Shown here piece after piece: positions 58,290-64,000 of a DNA stretch of 64,000 nt (positions are counted from its first letter, which is position 1; each line of letters opens with the position of its first letter). Both the position numbers and the translations under genes were made by a program. The stretch lies in the NCBI GenBank assembly GCA_049287045.1, contig JBAQFC010000010.1, positions 14,179 through 78,178 of the forward strand, given 5' to 3'. This DNA comes from Minisyncoccia bacterium. GTDB lineage: Bacteria; Patescibacteriota; Minisyncoccia; Phycocordibacterales; UBA9973. The notes under the pieces are model-generated. The model made no database searches, had not been told where the DNA came from, and saw only the letters and a list, made by a program, of their open reading frames with translations.

Positions 58290-59420
58290 ATGAAAATAGT
58301 TTTCACAGGAGGAGGGACAGGCGGGCATTTTTATCCAATCATTGCCGTCTCTCAAAAGGTTAATAAAATAATAGATAATGAAAAAATAATCGGAGCAAAG
58401 CTTTATTATTTTTCTGATAGCCCTTATGATAAAGAAGCTCTTTTTGAAAATGGACTTGCTTTCGAAGAAGTAAAAGCCGGAAAAGTTCGTACATATTTTT
58501 CTTTTAAGAATTTTACTGATATTTTTAAAATGTTTTTTGGTGTGATCAATGCAATTTTTAAAATATATTCAATTTATCCGGATGTTGTTTTTGGCAAGGG
58601 TGGTTATGCATCATTTCCTGCTATCTTGGCTGCTAGAATCTTGGGTATACCTGTTGTGATTCATGAATCAGATTCTGCTCCTGGGCGTGTAAATAAATGG
58701 GCTGGACGTTTTGCAAAAAAAGTAGCAGTTTCTTTTATTGAAGCAGCAGAATATTTTCCGAAGGATGTCGTTGCTTGGACTGGTCAGCCAATCCGAGTCG
58801 AAATAGAACATCCAGCTTTGCGCGAAGATGCTCTTGATTATTTTAAACTAGAATCAGAACTGCCTGTTATTCTAATACTCGGAGGTTCACAGGGAGCTGA
58901 ACTTATAAACAACACTGTGCTTGATGCATTACCAAGGCTTATAAAAAATTATCAAATTATTCATCAGACTGGTGTTAGAAATTTTAAAATGGTCACAGGC
59001 AGAGCTGAAGTTGTTCTTACGAACAACCGAGATAAATCAAGATATTTACCTTATTCTTTTTTAAATCCTCTTGCGATGAAAATGGCTGCCGGAGCAGCTA
59101 CTATTATCGTATCACGAGCAGGCTCAGGACTTTTTGAAATTGCTTCTTGGGGGATACCATCAATTTTAATACCAATAACTAAAACAAATTTAGATCATCA
59201 AAAGAAAAATTCTTTTAATTATGCTCGCGCAGGTGCTTGTAGTGTAATCGAGGAAATGAATATGACTTCTAATATTCTAAGTTCAGAAATTGAAAGAATA
59301 ACAGAAGATAAACAAATGTACGATAAAATGGCTGCAAGTGCTCGTGCATTTAACAAACCCGATGCGGCAGCTAAAATCGCTCGAGCCCTCGTGGATATTG
59401 CTTTGAAACATGAAAAATAA
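58290..59420 (+). CDS. murG: UDP-N-acetylglucosamine--N-acetylmuramyl-(pentapeptide) pyrophosphoryl-undecaprenol N-acetylglucosamine transferase
   Basis: N-terminal FTGGGTGGHFYPIIAV and a C-terminal GT-B domain. Confidence 0.85.
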   Translation: MKIVFTGGGTGGHFYPIIAVSQKVNKIIDNEKIIGAKLYYFSDSPYDKEALFENGLAFEEVKAGKVRTYFSFKNFTDIFKMFFGVINAIFKIYSIYPDVVFGKGGYASFPAILAARILGIPVVIHESDSAPGRVNKWAGRFAKKVAVSFIEAAEYFPKDVVAWTGQPIRVEIEHPALREDALDYFKLESELPVILILGGSQGAELINNTVLDALPRLIKNYQIIHQTGVRNFKMVTGRAEVVLTNNRDKSRYLPYSFLNPLAMKMAAGAATIIVSRAGSGLFEIASWGIPSILIPITKTNLDHQKKNSFNYARAGACSVIEEMNMTSNILSSEIERITEDKQMYDKMAASARAFNKPDAAAKIARALVDIALKHEK

Positions 59421-59469
59421 TTTTTAAAAATTTCTTTTCTTAACTACTCAAAAATGTTAAGATAAAGAA

Positions 59470-60885
59470 ATGGAAAATAAAGTTGTTACAAGATTTGCCC
59501 CTTCGCCTACAGGCTTTATGCATGTTGGGGGAGTTCGAACTGCGTTGTATGCTTACCTTTGGGCTAGGAAAAATAACGGTACTTTTATATTGAGAATTGA
59601 AGATACTGACAAGGAAAGGGAAGTCGAAGGTTCTGTTGAACACATCATTAAATCATTAAAATGGTTGAATATTAATTGGGATGAAGGCCCAGATATTGGT
59701 GGCCCACATGCTCCATATTTGCAATCACAAAGACTTGATTCTTATAAGAAATACGCGCAAATTTTGATTGATAAAGGTTTGGCATATCCTGACCCTTATA
59801 CAGAAGAAGAAATTGAACAATTTAGAAACAAAGCAGAATTAGAAAAAAAACCATTTTTGTACAGAGAATACCGACCGGAAAGTTTTGGTGTTTGGGATGG
59901 TACTAGGGCTCTTCGTCTAAAAGTTCCAGAAGTAAAATCATATAAATGGCATGATCTTGTGTATGGGGATTTGTCTGCAGGACCAGAAGCGTTGGATGAT
60001 TTTATTTTAATTAAAGGTGACGGATATCCCACATATAATTTTGCTCACATTATAGATGATTTAGAAATGGGTGTGACTCATATCATGCGTGGTCAGGAAT
60101 TTATTTCTTCGACTCCAAAATTTTTATCTGTTTATGATGCATTAGGTATTACCCCTCCATTATTTGCAACATTGCCTCCTATTATGGGACCAGACGGAAA
60201 GAAAAAATTAGGAAAAAGAGATGGAGCAAAAGATGTTTTGGATTATGGAAAAGAAGGTTATTTACCTGAGGCTATGGTCAACTTCTTGGCTCTTTTGGGC
60301 TGGAATCCCGGAGATGAACGTGAAATATTCACCATGCAAGAATTAGTAGATTCTTTTGATATTTCTCGCATAGGGCATTCTGGAGCACAGCTAAATGATG
60401 AAAAACTTGATTGGATAAACAAGGAGCATATTAAAAAAATGTCCCCGGAAGATTTGCAGAAAAATATTTTTGAATGGTTACCAGAAAATATGAGAATACA
60501 AAAAATAATTCCAATTATTTCAGAAAGAATTTCTAAATTTTCTGACGTTAAAAAAATGGTAGAAGCAGGGGAGTTGGATTTCTTTTTTAAGCAACCTGAA
60601 TTTTCAAAAGAAAAATTAGTTTTCAAAAATACTACACCTGAAAAAATAAATGAGAATTTAAAACTAGCAATAAAGGCGTTTGAATGTATTGATGAAAAAG
60701 ATTTCACAGCAGAAAATATAAAAGCTGCTTTAATGAAAATAGCTGATACTTTGGAAAGTCGAGGGGAACTATTACATCCTATTCGTTTTAGTTTATCAGG
60801 TTTAGATAAATCACCAGATCCTTTTATAATAGCTGATATTTTAGGAAAAAATGAAACTTTATCTCGCCTACAAAAAGCAATTTAA
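59470..60885 (+). CDS. gltX: Glutamate--tRNA ligase
   Basis: HIGH-type signature VTRFAPSPTGFMHVGG, and a KMSKS-like KLGKRDG. Confidence 0.9.
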   Translation: MENKVVTRFAPSPTGFMHVGGVRTALYAYLWARKNNGTFILRIEDTDKEREVEGSVEHIIKSLKWLNINWDEGPDIGGPHAPYLQSQRLDSYKKYAQILIDKGLAYPDPYTEEEIEQFRNKAELEKKPFLYREYRPESFGVWDGTRALRLKVPEVKSYKWHDLVYGDLSAGPEALDDFILIKGDGYPTYNFAHIIDDLEMGVTHIMRGQEFISSTPKFLSVYDALGITPPLFATLPPIMGPDGKKKLGKRDGAKDVLDYGKEGYLPEAMVNFLALLGWNPGDEREIFTMQELVDSFDISRIGHSGAQLNDEKLDWINKEHIKKMSPEDLQKNIFEWLPENMRIQKIIPIISERISKFSDVKKMVEAGELDFFFKQPEFSKEKLVFKNTTPEKINENLKLAIKAFECIDEKDFTAENIKAALMKIADTLESRGELLHPIRFSLSGLDKSPDPFIIADILGKNETLSRLQKAI

Positions 60886-62143
60886 GATTTTTTTACTAAT
60901 TGTTTTGGTTTTTTTACCATTTGTTTTTTCCTATGCTCAAACAGCAGTAGAATTAAATAATAAAATAAATCAAAAGAACAATGATATTGCGGCACTAGAA
61001 AAAGAAATTAAACAGTACCAACTACAATTGGACGCTCTAGGAAAACAAAAAAGTTCTTTAAATGGTTCTATAAAAGAATTAGATTTAACACGTAAAAAAT
61101 TGGTCGCAGATATGAATATTACTCAGAATAAAATTGATCAAACAAATTTTAAAATACAAGGTTTGAGTTTTCAGATTGGTGATAAAGAAGAAATAATACA
61201 AAATAATACTGAGGCTATAAAAATTGATATTAGAAAAATAAATGAAATTGAACTTGATTCTATTACTGAAAAACTTCTTTCTGAAGTTAAAATTAGTGAT
61301 GTATGGAACGATATTGATAATATGGTGACAGTTCGTAATAAAATAAGACAGAATATTATTGATTTAAAGCAAGTAAAAAATGAATTGGAGTTTACAAAAA
61401 AGAAAACTACAGATGCGAGAAATGAATTGGTATCTCTTAAAAATGAACTTGCTGATCAGAAAAAAATTGTTGTTCAAAATACTAATGATAAAAAGAAACT
61501 TTTAGCACAAACTAAAAATAATGAAGCGAATTATCAAAAACTTCTAAAAGATAGGCTAGCAAAAAAAGATGCATTCGAAAAAGATTTGCGTGATTATGAA
61601 TCGCAACTAAAATATATTCTTGATCCATTAAAACTTCCAGGAAGTGGAGTATTGAGTTGGCCACTAGATTATATTTATATAACTCAATTATTCGGTAAAA
61701 CAGAAGCAGGTAAGCGTCTATATGCTAGTGGTTCACACAATGGAGAAGATTTCCGCGCACCAGTCGGTACGCCTGTGAAAGCTATGGCAGATGGTATTGT
61801 AGCGGGTATAGGAGATACTGATTTACAATGTCCTGGGGTCTCATTTGGACGTTTTGTGCTTATTAAGTATGATAATGGACTAGCAAGTACTTTTGGTCAT
61901 TTTTCCCTTATTAAGGTAAAAACAGGAGAAAGAGTTTCTCGTGGTCAGATAGTCGGCTATAGTGGAAATACTGGATATTCAACCGGCCCACACTTACATG
62001 TTTCAGTTTATGCTCGTGATGCTGTTAACTTACAGACTCTACCAAGTAAGTCGTGTCCTGGTCACGTTTTAACTCAACCAATATCTCCAATTAATGCTTA
62101 TCTTGATCCATCCTACTATTTACCTCCTTATAAAAAACCATAA
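60851..62143 (+). CDS. M23-family metallopeptidase with an N-terminal coiled-coil domain (EnvC-like)
   Basis: Signal or TM N-terminus, a long coiled coil, and the C-terminal M23 motifs HNGEDF and GPHLHVSV (HxH). Confidence 0.7.
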   Translation: MKLYLAYKKQFKIFLLIVLVFLPFVFSYAQTAVELNNKINQKNNDIAALEKEIKQYQLQLDALGKQKSSLNGSIKELDLTRKKLVADMNITQNKIDQTNFKIQGLSFQIGDKEEIIQNNTEAIKIDIRKINEIELDSITEKLLSEVKISDVWNDIDNMVTVRNKIRQNIIDLKQVKNELEFTKKKTTDARNELVSLKNELADQKKIVVQNTNDKKKLLAQTKNNEANYQKLLKDRLAKKDAFEKDLRDYESQLKYILDPLKLPGSGVLSWPLDYIYITQLFGKTEAGKRLYASGSHNGEDFRAPVGTPVKAMADGIVAGIGDTDLQCPGVSFGRFVLIKYDNGLASTFGHFSLIKVKTGERVSRGQIVGYSGNTGYSTGPHLHVSVYARDAVNLQTLPSKSCPGHVLTQPISPINAYLDPSYYLPPYKKP

Positions 62144-62191
62144 ATAATTTTCGTATTGTTTTGGTTTAATGATTGGTGGTATAATAAAAAC

Positions 62192-62335
62192 ATGAATATA
62201 GAAAATAAAGAAGGAGGATTTTTACGATTAATTATCTTTATTATTGTAGTTGTGTTTTTGATGAGCTATTTCCATATTACTCTAAGTGGAGCTTATAATT
62301 GGTTCGCAACTATGTTTCATAATGTTGTTTCATAA
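62192..62335 (+). CDS. Small single-TM protein (47 aa)
   Basis: Not in the supplied ORF track because it is under 60 aa. First of three tandem small membrane ORFs. Confidence 0.25.
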   Translation: MNIENKEGGFLRLIIFIIVVVFLMSYFHITLSGAYNWFATMFHNVVS

Positions 62336-62337
62336 AT

Positions 62338-62685
62338 ATGAAAAATTTAAGCACCACAAATATTTTTACTAAATCAAACAAAAAAGGAGGAATAAGTATT
62401 TTAGGAGTTGTACTTCTGACAATTGTTCTAATTTTTGTTTTGTCATTTTTCAAGATAAATTTAAAAGCAGTTGTTGAAAGTCCAGATGCACAAAGTAATT
62501 TACAGTATGTTGGTTATACAGGCAGAAGTTTATGGAATGATTATCTTGCTAAGCCAATAGCAAATGTTATTGGTGATCTTAAACTAAAAACAGTTTGGGA
62601 CGCATTTATATCAAATATGCAAAGAATTCACGATGGTCAACCTACTGATTTTCAAAAACTCGCACCAACAGTCGACGTAAAGTAA
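62338..62685 (+). CDS. Small single-TM protein with conserved C-terminal SNMQRIHDGQPTDFQ motif
   Basis: Paralogous to the next ORF in its N-terminal TM segment and its C-terminal motif. Confidence 0.4.
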   Translation: MKNLSTTNIFTKSNKKGGISILGVVLLTIVLIFVLSFFKINLKAVVESPDAQSNLQYVGYTGRSLWNDYLAKPIANVIGDLKLKTVWDAFISNMQRIHDGQPTDFQKLAPTVDVK

Positions 62686-62723
62686 CTGTTGACAACTCTC
62701 TACCTGTAAGTTAAAATATAGGT

Positions 62724-62924
62724 ATGAATCGAATAAGTGATCAAAATGGGGGATTCATCCAAGCGATCATTTCTATCATCATTACGATAGTTTTATTTTA
62801 CTTCGTCTTAACTGCTAATTTCTCTAAATATTTTATTGATTCTTTCGTATCAAATATGCAAAGAATCCATGATGGTCAACCCACAGATTGGCAGCTAGCT
62901 GCTCCTTCGGTTTTGTTAAAATAA
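62724..62924 (+). CDS. Small single-TM protein with conserved C-terminal SNMQRIHDGQPTDWQ motif
   Basis: Paralogous to the preceding ORF. Confidence 0.35.
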   Translation: MNRISDQNGGFIQAIISIIITIVLFYFVLTANFSKYFIDSFVSNMQRIHDGQPTDWQLAAPSVLLK

Positions 62925-62982
62925 TTGTGTAACAAAAAATTCGTGCTAAAATAATTGTATACATAATCAATCAAGTGTATTT

Positions 62983-64000
62983 ATGAATATAGTTATTATT
63001 GTTACAATTTTTACTATTGTCTTGAACCTCTATCTTGGATCAGCGGTAGTTTTGCGAAATCCTAAAAGTGTTACACATCAACTTTTTGGTTTCTATACAT
63101 TATTAGTAGCGCTGTGGGCATTTTCTAATTATTTCACAATATACCCAAGTACACCGGAAGTTACATTAATTTTCATTCGTATTGTATGCGTGATAACTTC
63201 TTTTTTGGCACCAGTTTTATTTTTACTTTCGTATAATTTTCCGACAGACAAGCTTATTATAAAACCATGGTTGCGTTTCAGCGTATATCTTTTTGCTATT
63301 GGTACTGCAATACTTTCTATTACTCCACTTATATATGATCATATTGAAATAATTAATGGCGTTATTGTACCTTATTTTGGTCCTCTCTTCATACTTTATG
63401 GGTTAAATGTATTTGGTTTGCCTGTGTTGTCTTTTATTTTACTTATACGTAAATTTCGTAAAGCTACCAATCATCGTCGCCTGCAAATTTTAATATTTAT
63501 GTTGGGTGTAGGCATAACATATGCTCTTGCTGAAATATTGAGTTTTATATTTATTTTATTAAAATATACTAAACTAGTTTTTTTAGGTCCATTTTTCACA
63601 CTTATATTAGTTGTTTTTGTTTTCTATGCCATTACTAAATATAAATTTTTAGATATAAAATTATTGATATTTCGTTCAGTCACATATATTTTACTTATTG
63701 TAACTGTGGCATTATTTTATATTTTTGGTCTGTTTATAGCATTGAGATACATTTTTCCTAGTATATATATCTCTACAGACATATATTGGCTCCTTTTCTT
63801 TTTAAGTTTTACTATTGTTATTGGTTTTAATTCTCTTTACAAAGGAATAGAATCTATATTAGGAAAATTATTGTTTAAAACGAGATATAATCCAGAGGAT
63901 CTTGTATTTAAGGTTGTTCAAACTATGGCGACTGAAGTAGATTTTGATATGATTGCACCAAAAGTATTAAATACAATAATGTCTACCTTAAATATAACGA
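62983..64000 (+). CDS. Polytopic membrane protein, partial (possible sensor or 7TM receptor-like N-terminal domain)
   Basis: Open frame from the ATG at 62983 to the window end with at least 7 hydrophobic helices. The 3' end lies outside the window. Confidence 0.4.
   Translation, partial: MNIVIIVTIFTIVLNLYLGSAVVLRNPKSVTHQLFGFYTLLVALWAFSNYFTIYPSTPEVTLIFIRIVCVITSFLAPVLFLLSYNFPTDKLIIKPWLRFSVYLFAIGTAILSITPLIYDHIEIINGVIVPYFGPLFILYGLNVFGLPVLSFILLIRKFRKATNHRRLQILIFMLGVGITYALAEILSFIFILLKYTKLVFLGPFFTLILVVFVFYAITKYKFLDIKLLIFRSVTYILLIVTVALFYIFGLFIALRYIFPSIYISTDIYWLLFFLSFTIVIGFNSLYKGIESILGKLLFKTRYNPEDLVFKVVQTMATEVDFDMIAPKVLNTIMSTLNIT

Noticed and set aside
62338-62924. Type IV prepilin assignment for the small TM proteins
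   Set aside because: The G-F-x-x-x-E prepilin cleavage and +5 Glu signature is absent: FIQAI and ISILG follow the glycine. Left as a speculative alternative only.

Overview
The window is AT-rich, with short intergenic regions and genes for minimal cell-wall, division and translation functions. This is compatible with a small-genome Candidate Phyla Radiation (Patescibacteria)-type bacterium, but that placement is inference from composition and gene content only. Core genes run from 255 to about 9000 (mraZ-rsmH-ftsL-ftsI-murF, engB, deoD) and from 27.4 kb to the end. The second stretch carries greA, rmuC, obg, a P-type ATPase, gatB, fba, cysS, rplU, recR, dnaB, trpS, aspS, pepN, scpAB, dacA, mraY-ftsW-murG, gltX and an M23 peptidase. 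Between them, roughly 9-26.9 kb, lies an accessory island that ends at the 3' end of a tRNA-Glu(CUC) gene on the minus strand (26833-26904). The island has three notable parts. (1) A cassette-like array of about 12 kb in which unrelated small genes are separated by a conserved ~57-bp repeat; many cassettes carry their own consensus promoter and terminator, and there are at least 8 good copies, one truncated copy and 2-3 degenerate ones. The genes include two Nudix hydrolases, a histidine phosphatase, two nucleoside-deoxyribosyltransferase-like proteins, a TrpF-like barrel, a methyltransferase-like protein, an NlpC/P60 peptidase and membrane and hypothetical proteins. The 5' part of the repeat resembles the reverse complement of the tRNA-Glu 3' end and its flank, so the repeats look like att-type recombination scars or sites. 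(2) A tightly packed three-gene minus-strand operon (22278-26378): a 941-aa protein with an N-terminal DUF4365/PD-(D/E)xK-like domain and a long helical repeat region, a 98-aa membrane-anchored coiled-coil protein, and a DUF4238-family protein. This is a candidate novel defence or abortive-infection system, with three ~46-bp tandem repeats in its upstream region. (3) A tRNA 5'-half fragment and a GC-rich putative sRNA next to the tRNA. Elsewhere there is an IS200/IS605-family-like HUH transposase element with terminal hairpins, bracketed together with a cargo ORF by a ~76-bp duplication of the recR 3' end. An FAD-linked oxidase carries an in-frame 60-bp internal direct repeat. A GTGGG-repeat MraZ operator lies upstream of mraZ. 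Three small membrane proteins are encoded in tandem near the 3' end. No CRISPR array, rRNA or recognisable integrase was found.
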